Positions 50,955 to 64,000 of a stretch of 64,000 bases of DNA are shown here, piece after piece. Within the stretch, counting starts at the first letter, position 1; every line of letters starts with the position of its first letter. The DNA comes from Camelus ferus (taxonomy: Eukaryota), in the NCBI RefSeq assembly GCF_009834535.1, contig NC_045697.1, forward strand, positions 72,480,001-72,544,000, given 5' to 3'. The translations under genes were made by a program, and so were the position numbers. The notes beneath the pieces were generated by a model that was given only the letters and a program-made list of their open reading frames with translations, was not told the origin of the DNA and did no database searches.

Positions 50955-51727
50955 CTCAAAAATCCACAAATGACAAATGCTGGAGAGGCTGTGGAGAAAG
51001 GGGAACCCTCCTACACTGCTGGTGGGAATGCAGTTTGGTGCAGCCACTATGGAAAACTGTGGAGATTCCTCAAAAGCCTAGGAATAGACTTACCATATGA
51101 CCCAGGAATCCCACTCCTGGGCTTGTATCCAGAAGGAAATCTACTTCAGGATGACACCTGCACCCCAATGTTCATAGCAGCACTATTTACAATAGCCAAA
51201 ACATGGAAACAGCCTAAATGTCCATCAACAGGTGACTAGATAAAGAAGAGGTGGTATATTTATACAATGGAATACTACTCAGCCATAAAAACCGACAACA
51301 TAATGCCATTTGCAGCAACATGGATGCTCCTGGAGAATGTCATTCTAAGTGAAGTAAGCCAGAAAGAGAAAGAAAAATACCATATGAGATCGCTCATATG
51401 TGGAATCTAAAAAACAAAAACAAAAACAAAAACAAAGCATAAATACAGGACAGAAATAGACTCACAGACAGAGAATACAGACTTGTGGTTACCGGGGGGT
51501 GGAGGGTGGGAAAGGATAGCCTGGGATTTCAAAATTGTAGAATAGATAAACAAGATTACACTGTATAGCACAGGGAAATATACACAAAATGTTATGATAA
51601 CTCACAGAGAAAAAAATGTGACAATGAGTGTGTATATGTCCATGAATGACTGAAAAATTGTGCTGAACACTGGAATTTGACACATTGTAAAATGATTTTA
51701 AATCAATAAAAAAATGTTAAAAAAAAG
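50955..51727 (+). mobile_element. Relatively young L1 3' fragment
   Basis: ORF2 C-terminus ([55 protein letters not shown]), 3'UTR, AATAAA and A-tail. Confidence 0.95.
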
Positions 51728-54700
51728 CCTTCAGTTTGATTTTTATTATTATTATATATAACAAACACATGTATGTAAAATGATATATATGTGTTTATAT
51801 GTACATAGTTTAAAAATTTTTAATGCTTCAATATTTAGACTCATAATGAGAAAGAATGGCATTTTGAAAGGAAAATGTTGGTTCAGAGAACCCTTGTCTT
51901 AAAGGCATAGAGGCATGAAAAGCCAGTGAGGGGTAAGGGAAAACTCTGTTGAGCATGCAGTGGGAGGCTGGGAGTCATGGAGATGAGACTGGAGAGTTAG
52001 GACATCGTATGCCAAACCACGATCCTCTGTAGAGAACGACCCTCTAATACATTAAGTGATGCAGTCTGCTGGCTCTGGAGTTGGACAAACCGGGGTCTGA
52101 AGTCCAGCTCCATCATATACCAAATTTCTTAGCCTCTTTGTATCTAATTCTCTATTGATAAAATGGAGACAAGAGTACATGTACATGGTAAGCATGTTCC
52201 AGCCATGTCCATGGTAAGCATTCAACCGTGCTGGTTATTAGTCACTCATACTCCTTCTCTCTAGTTATCATAAATCTCTAAGATTCTTTTTGCATTTCCT
52301 ATTAAACAGGACAAGGTCTCCTCAATATCGAAGAATTTCAGATCAGAAGTCCAGAGCTGTGGACTTCAAAGGAACAGTCTCCTTAGTTTTTCTTCCAAAC
52401 TTGAGAGAAAACAGCAGATCAAGAATAACAGAGCAAGAATGTGAACAGTTCTGTATATGTGAATATGTATGTAAATAAACAGAAAAAATCTGTTAACAGT
52501 AGCTGCCTTAGGGGAGGGAAATGGAATTGCAGTTGTTGAAATTTCATTTTTATTCTCTTTCTCTATTGTCTTTTTACAGTAAGAAGATTTAAAAATGCAA
52601 TTTGAAATACACGAAAAAAGAATATATATAGTTCTTAAAGCTTTAGAGCAAAGAAAATGATACAGCTTTCCTTGGTAATAATATTTTTCATAGACAGAAT
52701 CTGGTAATTTGATTTTTGGTAACTTAATCCCACTTGTCACAATTTAAGGTTTTTTTTTGTTTTTGCAGTTTTCAAAGAAGATGGGGAACTGCCTAGAATC
52801 TTCTACAGCAGTTTTCAAATATTTTTGAAGCCAGAAATCTTTCATCAAATGAAACTTTATCCTGAAATCCAACAAATGGGACAGATGAAGGTGGAGCCGC
52901 AGGAGCTCTGTCTACTCACCGCTGTTCCTCCTGGCAAGCGAAGCACACTTTGAAAACCACTTCTGCAAATATGCTTTCATATACAGAAAGAGGTTTGTTA
53001 AACAGCCTTCTCTTTTTCATGTTACCTTACTAATCTACATGGTTAAAAGTGCTTTCCGTAATAATCCAGAGGAAATAAAAGAACTATCAACTTGCAAATG
53101 TCCATAGGCTCTTGGTCAAGTAAAATACACTTATTACTATCAACTGAAACTGAATTACTGCTAAAAGATCGTTACATGGATAAAGACTGGTTGTTCTTGT
53201 CATTTTCTGTCTGTGGTGTGGACCAGCCAACATTTAATGGGGTGATCGTATTGAGAATTTATATATACTTTTGGAGTACTGTATATGCTGTATTCATGCA
53301 TTTGAAAAAGTATCTCCATGACTGTTCATTAAGTACTCTATAATGATTATAATAAAAATCTCCTACCTTTGGCGTTAACCATTTATGTGTTAAAAGTGTA
53401 GAGTCTTCACCTCATATAGTATTTCTATGTAGAACATATTGAAACTTTTCAATTTCTGGTTTCTGCCATTCAACTCTGATCTAATGCTCATTTCCCAAAA
53501 GGAACGCTAGCTGTTAGTGAGGAATTCAGATCAAGCGAAGAGTAGGGCTTACAATTTCCTTGGCAATGATCTACTGAAATGATTAAGAATGTTTCCTTGA
53601 ATGAGAACTACCTTATCTGAAAGTATGAAGTGTGCAAACCATGTGAGACCAAGTAATCACAGGAAAACAATCACTATTCTATTTGGTTAAGTGATATAGT
53701 GATTTGACTGAATCAAGTTTACATGAAGTAAAACGCTATGCAATGAGATATGAATAAAAGGAAATTATCTCTAGGTTAGAAGGGATCCAATACTTGCTCC
53801 TCTTTTTTTTTTTTTAAATCTCTCTCCTTTCAAGGGCAAATGTATGTAATTGGAAGTTTAAAATATTACTTCTAGGCTTGCTAGCATCAGAATCTCCAGA
53901 GATTGAATCTCCCCACGTGTGGCAATACGACTTATTACCTACCTGAGAGCCATTGCTCAGGTATGCCGGTGGGTCCCTTCCCCACCCCAGGAATAAATCA
54001 CAACTAGTGTAAATCAATTACTGGAACATCATTCCTCATTGCCAGCTGTTGGTTTAGGGCTGAACAAGATTCATTTCTTGCCAATGAAATTTGTGGGCAA
54101 GGCTATAGGGGACCACTGGGCAAGATTTTCCTTCCTAACATAAAGAAACAGAATCCTCCCCTCTTTTTGTCTTTAAATTGTGTGTGTATGTGTGTGTGTG
54201 TGAGGTGGTGGTGGGGGGGTGGATGAAGCTGTGGATAGGGACTGTGTTTCTTGGAATTCCAGCAACCATCACCTACCCATGAAGAAAAAGTCAAGAATCC
54301 TTCACAGAAAGCAACTTAGACCCTGATATCAATGGGCTACTGAACAAATCCTGGATCCACTTACCTTCAGATATCTTGTTGTATAAGAAGAATAAATTTG
54401 TATTGTTGAAGGTAGTCTTGGCTGAATATTCTGATGCTTACAGCCAAAAGCATCCTAACCAATGCAACAGGTGACTCTGATGCAGGGCCAGCACTGAGAA
54501 GCTCTGATGAGGAGCAGTGATAAGGAACCTTTGGCTCATACGTGTCTCCCTAGCTTCCGGACACGGTGCCAAATCTTCATAGAGGATGAATGATTAGAAC
54601 ACTGCCTTTGTACTGATATTTCTCAAAAATGTCCAGAAAGTAACATTTCAGTAGCTAAAAATCAGTGCCAATGTTCTTGGTGCCTTTCTCTTAGTCACTA

Positions 54701-57700
54701 GAGATTACATAGATTGTAAAGTTAAATATTTTTTTCTGCCCTATCCCTGAAGTTCGGTTTACTATTGAATATTGTATTTTAAAAAGTTGGGCTTACAAGC
54801 ATTTGATTTGCTTTCTAAATTTCTACTCATGAAACAAAACAGTAAGAACAACAAAACACTGCTACCATCACTGCCTGGGGTTCCATATTTTACTTTCTCT
54901 ACTTGATAAACGTTCTACTAGTCATTCAAGATCTAACTCAAATGTCACCTTCTCAATTTGTATTTCTTAATTCCATGTAGACTAACTGTCCCTCTTTTTT
55001 TTTCTGAGGACTCATTCATTCATTCAACAAACATCTATTAAGCTCTTACCATGTCCCAGCCCTTGTGTTAGGGATTTAAATGTGAGCAGCCTGACAGCTC
55101 TTATATGCAAAGGTTGCAACCTAGTCAGAGAATGACAGGTCATTCTTTAGGTAACCATCATGAAGTGTGGTAAGTTTCAGTTTCAGGCACAGACATAGAA
55201 ACCCCATCATTTCACAATCAGTGAAGCTCATCAGACTTTTACTGGGTTTCTATGGCGTGTAAAGCACAAGAGACAGAAAGATGACTGAGATGCAGCCTCT
55301 GTTCTTTAAGAAAGGGACAGAGATTGATAAGCGTTTACCACTTTCCAGTTTCCTCTGCTGCCTGAGCACACAGAGAGTTGACATTTCGCAGCCTCCCTCG
55401 CAGGTCACTGTTGCACAACACCAAGTCAGACAAGTGGGATGTGGGCATAAATGATATATGCTACTTGCATTGCCATAAGAAACTTCCCATGTAATCCTCC
55501 ACATACTCTCTCTTTTCTGTCCATTGCCTGGAAACTAAGGACTCCAAGGTCTTAGGGGATGCAAAGCCATAATATAAAAAGAGTTAGGGTTCCTGAATCC
55601 CTAGTAGAAGGGCACCAGCTAAACACCTGATTGGACTCTACATGAATGAGAAATAAGCATCTACTGTGTTAAGTTACTGAGGCTTTGGAGATGGTCTTTT
55701 ACAGCAGCTACAGCTAGCTTAAGGTAATTTAATTATGATATGAGAAATGCAGGCACAATGTTAAACAGGGGAGAGGGGGTACTGCCCTACTTGGCTGATA
55801 CTTGAATCAAGTCTTGAAAGATGACTTAGTTTTGTAGGGAAAATAAAGATCACTGCAGGCAGAGGAAACACATGATTAAAGGATGAGGGATGGGAAGAAA
55901 AGTGCATGTAGGGAATTTTATGCACATCCATGTCAATTTGAGCATAAAGCACAAGATGTGGAGTGGACAGAGGAAAATGGAGATGAAAACCCTGAGTGTA
56001 AATTCTTGGGTCACTGCCTCCTAATTGGGTCATTTGGGGTAAGTTACTTAGCCAGTCATGATGATTTTCTTCAACTGTAAAATGGTGGCAATGCCTATAT
56101 CACAGAAAACCTTAAAACAGTACTAAGTACATCATGGAGTCCCAATTAAGTCCCCCCAATGCTCTATCTTCCTTTTACAGATTTTCCTTGAGGAAGAAGC
56201 ATGCATGGACTGTACTGAAGCACACAGACAGGGACACTGGTAAACTCAAAACTCAGTCCTCCTATGAACCACAGAAACATAAATAAGAGATTTCTAAAAA
56301 TAAAGAGCACTTTTATTATATTGACGAGATACACTTAATAGCTTTATAAGGAAGTTTAAAACTCTTAGAACTTATCATAATTGCACTCTCCTTAACATAC
56401 ATGACGCACGACTACAAAATGCTGGAATACTCCCTAATCACACAGGTGCAGAGACAGGCCGCTCCACCTCCTCATGTACTAGGTTCCTAGCCTTCGTGTG
56501 AAGATGTAAATTCTTCTCCCCCAGAGGAAAAATCTGTCTTTCACTGGGGTTTGTGTGTTCCGAGAGCCAGGGGCCTACCAGTTATCAATAGGACTAGTGA
56601 ACAGTTGGTCATGAACCAGATAATCCACAATCTCTTGTTATAGAACATACTCTAAAAAAGTTTTAAAGAAAGAAATGTTTTACATTATACATGTAGAGGA
56701 AGAGACTTCAGAGATAAGCTAATCTATGGGTAACTAACACCTTCAGGGGCCAACTCAAATGTGGGGTCTATAGCCATGGGAGAGGGCAGAGCGCAACCGA
56801 AGGCATTCAAATCACTGCCAGCCCCTGGATCTAATCTCATGGTTTCATCTCTTATCCAAGGAAATTGAAGAGATTAGATTTAGGTGACTTTTAGAGACTA
56901 CTCAGCAAACATATTACTCAGAGTCAGAGCAGAAAATGGAAACTGTGTCAAGTATTTTGAGCAGAAAGTGATTTTATAACAGGGAATTAAGTGAACTGCT
57001 GAAAGGCTAGAGACTGCTGAAAGGCCTACAAGTGCAGGGTCTTGGCCGGACCTCCAGGAATGATGTCTAGAACACCAGTAAACGAACCACCAAGGAATAT
57101 ACTATTTTTGCCACAGTCAGGAGGCCCACAGTGACCAGGGAGTTCAAGAATACACTGCAGCCCTGACCCTGAGCAGCTGGGATCTGGAAGCTGACTGGAC
57201 GGGAACTCAGAGAAGTTCACTACCTCCCTCAACTGCCTCTTGACAGCCAGAGAGCTGGTATTCAAAAAGGCACGCTGAGTTTGGCTGTCACCACTGCTGT
57301 AAGCCCTTTCCAACACCCACAATTCTGGAGACTGGACATTGGCATCTCCCCCACCTTCCCCGCCAACAGAAAACAGCCCAAAATAGCAGGGAGATGGCTT
57401 CTGCCTTATCTTGGCTTTTGAAATCTCAGGCAAGTCATCTACTTCCCAGACCCTAATTTTATATCCAGAACTCAAACTGGAAGGGAGTCTGGGAAATGCT
57501 TTTAGCTCTCCAGTTTCTCCTGTACAAGAAGGCACACTGGCAGCAGGTTGGAATGAACGTGAGTGCCAAACTTCCATACCCAGGATAGCAGCTTTCGGTG
57601 TAGGCCCCAGGATTCAGACCTGCATCACTGACTTTTCCCCACTTATTCTATCATGCCTTGACAGAAATCCTGAAAAGGCAAAAGTCGAGTCAATATTAAA

Positions 57701-58469
57701 GACCTTAATATGCTAGGAAATATGTGAATCTGTCACTTTGTTCACATCACTGGTATAGCATAACCCACACTACCTAACTACTCGGTAAGTATATTCTAAT
57801 CCATTGGATTTTGAGCTCCTGAATGGCAGAAACTATTTAATTCATATTTGCATCTCCAGTGCCCATGCCTGCTTGGCCCAGAGAAGATGCACAGGTACTT
57901 GCTGAATTGAAATGTTTCATTCTTGACTTAGAGAAAAACCAGTAAAGCAGAATTTCATGAAATACCACACGGCAGCAGTGATACCAGGTAGAGGCCCCAT
58001 TGTAGAGAAAGAGTAGGGAAAGGGGTTTTGGTCTTTCAGAGAAGACAGAGGTGGATCTGGCCACTTAAGGTACCTGCTTTAACTCCTGGAGTCCTTGATT
58101 TCATAATGGGAGGCTAAAGTTAGTAGTGTCTTTCTGCTATTAATCATTTTAGGGCAACAAAACACATTAAAGTCTAGGATGAGACAACAAGTATCCGTTA
58201 ACAACCTGATGCCTGGTAAGTTTTAAAAAAGCCAGAGTCGGCGTGCACTTTGAGCAGGGGGTTATTCATATTCTTCAACCAGCGGGATCTGATTAGTCTT
58301 AGCATACGGTGTGTGAATGGCGGGAGCGGGGCGGGGGGGGGGGTGGTCTGCTAACCTAGGCCACAGTAGCAACAACGTCTGGTGGATTTGAGAACTAAAT
58401 CAAAAACAAATAAGAAAAGCCTACTCCAATAACGACTAAGAACAGCAGACGAACAGACATACCCACACA

Positions 58470-59150
58470 CCACTCCGTGTACAACCAGAAAGCCCAGGGC
58501 GCCCGCTCCCGGTCTCTGGCCCGAAAGGCCCATGAATCCGCCGCCGCGAGCGCCGGCTATAATAAACCCTCGGTGCTCTCTGCGGGGCTACTCACCTCGC
58601 GCTCTCGCGCTCAGGCACCCGGCTCTGCCCCACGCGTCAGGAAGGGGCTGAAAGGCCTGCAGGGAGCCGGGTCCAGCCCGGCGCGCGGAGTTTCCGGGTA
58701 GCGCATCGCCCCGGGCGGCGCCGGAGGCTGCAAATACTGCAGATAACCCCGCGCCAGGCGCGCCGCTAGCTGTCGGCGGCCCCGCCTTCCCCGCGGCGCG
58801 GGCGGTCCCTGGAGAGGCCGGGCACCGGCGGTCTGGGCCCCGCGGGGAACCCGGGCGGGGCGCGGCCCCGCCGCCGCCTCCTCACGCTCTCTCGGCGGGT
58901 GGGGTGGGGGGGGGGGTTGCCGTACGGCGCTGTCGCGCGTCTCCGCGCGGAGTCGGGGCGCCCGACTGACCGCGGTCCCACTTCCCGAGGCGGCGCCGCG
59001 TGGGGGGCCGGCCCCTGGGGACCGGACGAGCGCGTCTCCCCGGGAAGCTCCGTGGGTGGTTGCCTAGGGCGCGCGGATCTCGGCGCCGTCACGCCCGGCG
59101 ATGACGAGGTCCTGGGTGAGGACGCGCAGCGCTGGGCTCTCCCAGCAGCC
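58470..59150 (-). promoter_or_regulatory. SLC9B2: CpG island / promoter and non-coding first exon of SLC9B2
   Basis: Dense CpG and GC boxes (GGGCGGGG). Consensus minus-strand donor GAG|GTGAGT ends the exon at 58596. Lies about 9 kb upstream of the ATG exon. Confidence 0.85.
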
Positions 59151-61159
59151 AATTGCTTGGTGTATTGTTCCCTTCTACGTTCTGGTTTTTAACTCCACCT
59201 TTTGGTTGTGCATTTTACAAGTGTCTTCCCAGGTGGGGCGGGAAGACGGGATTCTCTCTTCTGGTGACCAGTTAAGTGGGACAAAAGACTTGATCCTCTC
59301 CATTTTATCCCATCTATAACACTTGTCCTTCTTGCGGTACAGTTTTAGATTTTAACGTTTCCCTCCGCCGTTTGATTATTTTTCATTTAGTTCTCCCTTC
59401 CATGTGTTCCTTTCCTCTGTATTTACCCCTCTTCAACTAAGTGTGTATACGCGCGTGCGCCCATTCGGGGTAGTTTTCATTTCCTTCAGGAATAAAAATT
59501 TTCTTACCTGTTTCTCACTCCTTTAAAAGTGCCGATTTTAATCACCGTTTTTCAGTCAAGAGGGACAACGTCAGGTAAATGTTTTCACCAGACAAACCAG
59601 CCATTCTTCTCTTTTATGTCCTCATTTATGGAGAGAATGGATAAACCTTGCTCCCGTCCAATAACCTTCTTCAGTGCATCTAAAATGACTTTTCCTAAAC
59701 TGAACTCTTCCTCTCTTAAAGTTTGCAAAAGTTCCTAGTGACATCCAGCTTCCTCTTACCACAGGAATGAAATATATTTTTCCTTTCCTTTCAGTCATAT
59801 GATCTTCACTGATACCCTATTTGATTAACGCGACTTTGGAGAACATTGAACTTTTTGGCTAATTTTTACTTTGCTTTCATTGTTTATAATGTTTTATAGT
59901 TTATAGTTAGCTCTGAGAGACCTAACTCTGAGGGAGCATTTGTTAATGTTAGAATCCATTTTGCAGTGTTCATGATGTGTTTATTTAGAATTCATCTGTT
60001 CATAGCTTTACATATACATTACATACTTACAGCATAAAGTACTTCGTGACATACTTAAAAGCTTCAATGTTCCATTGCTTCACTTGATAAGAAGTTACAG
60101 CATTTTGACTATCATACATCAAAAAGAACCCAAGCCATTCAGCCCAACTCCCAGATTTTACAAAGCAAAAAGCTAAAATCCAAGACAAATTGGATGACTT
60201 GGAGTCTAGGTCAAAAGCCAAGCTATGTGTAATCCAGTAGTGGAACACCAGGTCCAGAACCCTAGAGCGAATTTATAATCAATGGACTCTTCAGCAATGC
60301 TAGTCAAAATATCCTTTGTTGTCAGTTTTAACTCACCTTCATCACCTACATGTTCTTTCTCATACATAAAATGTTAACCTTTCATTGTCCTCTTCAAAAT
60401 TGTCCTTGTTCATACTAATTACATTTCTAAGAGAAAAGATTAAGGATCTTTACTCTTACCGAGTATCTATATTCATCATACTATTTGGTCTTTTGAGGTG
60501 ACAACAAATAAAAAACAAACATAATACCATAAAACTAAAAGAACAAGATAAAACTTCTCCCTAGTAATCTGTAATGGAATTATCTTCCATAATTTAAATT
60601 TTTTATTGAAACTTTTATTTTTTTAATTGGTTTCCTGTTATATGATTCATTTATATTTATTCATCCAGAGACTATTTCTAAATTTCATGTTCTCTTGTCT
60701 GGTATCTTGGAATTTGGGGAGGAAATCTATGCTTAAACTAAAAAACACCCCTCAAACTGACAATACTGCAAGTTAGTTTACTACATGTTTCTTATGCCCA
60801 TGTCAAATATTGCTTATTTTGATAAAGATTTTTTAAACTAAAAAAGTACTTAATCATAAGAGGTGACATCCATGAAGCATAAACACCTGATGATTATTTT
60901 CCTTTTACATAACAGATGAACAATATATAGTTCTGAATCTAAACTCCTTCAAGTGTAAGTTACTGAAGCCAAACGCCTTCTTACCTTTGGTGTTCATTTA
61001 TAATGGTGCCAAATGTTAAAACTAGCATCCACGTACAGGTGTAGAATTGTACAAAAATATGTGAATGTTGGGAAACGGAAATAAAATAGAAATGAATGCC
61101 TTTAAAAAAAACTTCTTTTCATAGTCACATTTTAATTATATATTGCTTATAAATTGAGG

Positions 61160-61165
61160 TTTATT
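61160..61165 (-). terminator. Candidate BDH2 polyadenylation signal AATAAA
   Basis: First minus-strand AATAAA I found after the BDH2 stop, about 230 nt downstream. Further ones occur near 60602-60620. Confidence 0.5.
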
Positions 61166-61395
61166 TTTAAAACTATTCTTTTTGCAGCGAGCTCATTATC
61201 TCACTATCTCCTATGATTTCAGAAGAGATTAGAAAGAAATTAATATATTTAAAGAATCACACTCTTGTGAATATGACATCATCAAAAAGGTTTTGTTTTC
61301 ACGAATATGCCATTACTAGGAAGAGAGGCTGGGTGAGTTTTCTTCGCTGTGGACAGACAGGAAGGGCCTGCCTTCCCAGTAAGGAGAGCCTGCAG

Positions 61396-61449
61396 TCACA
61401 AGCTCCAGCCTCCATCAATGATGACAGGATTGCCTGTTACATAGGCAGA
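61396..61449 (-). CDS. BDH2: BDH2 last coding exon: SAYVTGNPVIIDGGWSL*
   Basis: CTGCAG| acceptor, SDR C-terminal TG...IDGG motif, TGA at 61398-61396. Confidence 0.96.
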   Translation of the reverse strand, partial: SAYVTGNPVIIDGGWSL

Positions 61450-63452
61450 CTGCAGTGACAAACACAAGGAGACAGAACAATTAACTAGGTTGTGTTTCTT
61501 CAATTTTTCTGACTAAGACAGCGGAACAGTTTATTCTCATAGTACCAGGAAACTTCACTTAACAAATAAAAATTAGGAAACTGAATTAAATTTCAGCTGA
61601 TTTAAAACTGCTGAGTGTTCTTGTATCTGATGCTAACTGGCCTCTGGCTGCTATTTGAGCACATGTCACTTTCTAAGGGTGTTTGGTCTCCGAATCAAAA
61701 ATTGAGAAATTTCATGATATACATCCATTCCCAAAATTAGGATAAAGTATAGGCTAAAATAGTACATTTTCATTTTGAAACTCAGACTTATTCTAAACTA
61801 GCTCTTATGCCCCTAAAAACTGTTTGAACATAATCCAGTATGTCAGTCATAAAGTGGTCATGTCAATGCCAAACATAATTAAAAAAAAGATGTACCTTTA
61901 GTTAATCAATATACATGGGTAATTCCAGGAACTGAAGCATACTAAATGTGTTTTTTAAATGTATATGAATAATAATTATTATAAGCTATTAACCAAAAAA
62001 ACCCTCTATACTAGTTTCAGACATCCAAATCTGTACAAGACCAAAAGAGTTAAAAAATTACTGCTTTTTTCCCAAAGAAATTTTCATTTTCTAAAAAATT
62101 AAAGCTGAAGTGATTCTTGTGGCAGAGGTTTAAAAATATTTTAACTTCAACATGGATAATGAAGATTCAAATTTGTGTTCTTAGTTTTAAATTCACTTAA
62201 AGCCTGAGACAATGGAAGAGGCAGAAGGAAAGACAATAGGAGCACAGAATGTTTTAAAGTTCAGTTTATAGGAACTGATCAGATGGAGCAGATAAACCAA
62301 ACCAGGGTGTTATTAGTCACTTTACCAAGAAACAATCCCAATTTCTCAAGGTTCTTCTAAAAGGCAAGCATTCTGTTTCCCATATGGACTCTTCTAGATC
62401 TTTCTACCTGGACAAAGTTCTTTTTGTTGCATATTTCAAGCCAGAACATTCCCAAATGTTTGGTAAACTAAGCTCTGGGTAAACAAGGGCAATGAAGCTT
62501 ACCAGCAGTACCCACAAATCAAATGAGCTCTTCTGAAGACATGGATTCAGAGAAATCACAAAGGTTAATGTACTCGCTCCATCATCCTTTGTCTAGCAAT
62601 TTCCTCAGCTATGAACAGCTGTTGTTAATAGTTCTGAGAAGTAGTAGCTGCTCTGTCACTAGAACATTGCAACCTCTATTTATCACATTCACCAACTGCC
62701 TGGTGTGCACCACGTTACTTAAAGAGGGGCTAACTGATCTGTAACATCCCTCACTCCCACCTTCTCCTCTTCCTTTTCTTCTCTCTCACAGTTCCCTGGT
62801 CATGTAATATTCAAAGACATAAAACAGAGGGGATGCTCTTGGGCTCTCTACCTTATAAATGTAGTTCCTGCTTCACAGATACATGCCTTTTAAAAACATA
62901 CAGTAGTTATTAAGGAAGCAACTAGTTACCAAATAGATGCAAAGTGGAAAGAGACAGAATTAGGAATGTATGTTCATGATGATATACAAGTAAGAATTCA
63001 CAGAAAAAAAAAGAGGTAGTGGGATTCTTCCAAACAAGTCGCCAGTAAAACTGAAAACACCTGATGCTAATTCTGTGTCTCCCGGACACAATTAAATGTG
63101 GTTAACTGTTTCCCCATTTCATCTGATGCTCTCATAATTTTGGAGGTTTATTTGTTTGATTTACATTAAATCATGGCTTCCCAATTTGTAATTTTTAAAA
63201 ACAATTATAAAATTGAGCAATTTGTTTTTCTTTAATCCTCCACCACTTCATTTGCTCTAAGAATTAGTGACATGTAAAGTTGAATGAGGAAGAGTTGGTG
63301 GCTCAGATCCAAGTGGCCTTTCTTTGAGAGCATTAAACGTACCCCTATCTTGTAAAAGCAGCAGCTTAGCATCTATATGCCATAACTCCCTAAAATCACA
63401 TGATTTTTTGATGAGCAAATTGTGGCCTAATGTGATTAAGGATAATGGACTA

Positions 63453-63566
<114 letters not shown>

Positions 63567-64000
63567 CTATAACCAGAAACCAACTGGACATCAGTGATGT
63601 GAGCTGAAGTATGAACTCACTGGCAACTCCTTCAGGAGGTCAAAGGCAAGAGGAATCTACAAAGGGAGCATTGGCTTGCAGCCTTGATTAATCATGTATG
63701 ATACAAGATACAGGAGAATATCATTAATAACATTAACTGTGGACCAAGCAGGACTATGATGACTCCCAAGCTATTCAAAGTATTTGTCTTGTACTAAAAC
63801 CTGTAGATACTGTGACAGATCAGAAATTTAATATTACAGAAGAGGATGTTTTTATATTTTTGAAATTGTGCTAAAATACACATAATATAACATTTATCAA
63901 CTTAACCATTTTAAGCGTACAGTCCAGTAGTGTTAAGTACATTCACATTATTGTGCAACAGATCTTCAGAATTTTTTTCATCTTGCAAAACTGAAACTCT

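Larger units (their letters stand above)
12308..53760 (+). pseudogene. Decayed multi-exon gene antisense to SLC9B2, RGS22/RGSL1-like (RGS-like domains)
   Basis: Exon-like segments at 12308-12361, 12585-12710, 18512-18609, 18738-18881, 19011-19128, ~20020-20882, 26231-26369, 27400-28034, ~28680-28828, ~29915-30240, 36808-37020, ~44117-44230, 52310-52440, 52580-52703 and 52769 onward. Many have AG/GT boundaries with compatible phases and protein-like frames broken by isolated stops. Family call is by eye. Confidence 0.55.

Noticed and set aside
53026..53337. Minus-strand 312-nt AG/GT-bounded segment with vaguely Ig-like C/W/C spacing
   Set aside because: Three stops, no partner exons, and better explained as the shadow of the plus-strand coding-like frame.
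57026..57577. Longest ORF in the track (183 aa, minus strand)
   Set aside because: Starts at a non-ATG codon, lies in LTR-like repeat sequence, and shows no recognisable domain or splice structure.
58766..59192. Pro/Arg/Gly-rich ORFs on both strands
   Set aside because: Expected by-product of the GC-rich CpG island.
60600..61395. Iron-responsive element in the BDH2 3'UTR (reported for human)
   Set aside because: I found no minus-strand CAGTG-loop stem in this interval.

Overview
Mammalian genomic DNA, probably a camelid given the Vic-1-like tRNA-derived SINEs. It contains three tandem minus-strand genes in the known BDH2-SLC9B2-SLC9B1 order. These are the last two coding exons of BDH2 (63566-61396), a complete intact SLC9B2/NHA2 Na+/H+ antiporter (CpG-island first exon near 58.6-58.8 kb, 11 coding exons from 49435 to 18148, 1611 nt, 536 aa) and a second CpG-island promoter near 11.4-11.7 kb that synteny assigns to SLC9B1/NHA1. 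Introns are rich in L1, L2, MIR, MaLR/ERV LTRs and DNA-transposon relics. The main unexpected signal is a chain of plus-strand, splice-site-bounded, largely phase-compatible but stop-interrupted exon-like segments from about 12.3 kb to 53.8 kb. Their translations repeatedly resemble RGS22/RGSL1-type RGS-like domains. I read this as a fossil antisense gene nested through SLC9B2 and head-to-head with SLC9B1. The family assignment is by eye and from memory, and needs a homology search.
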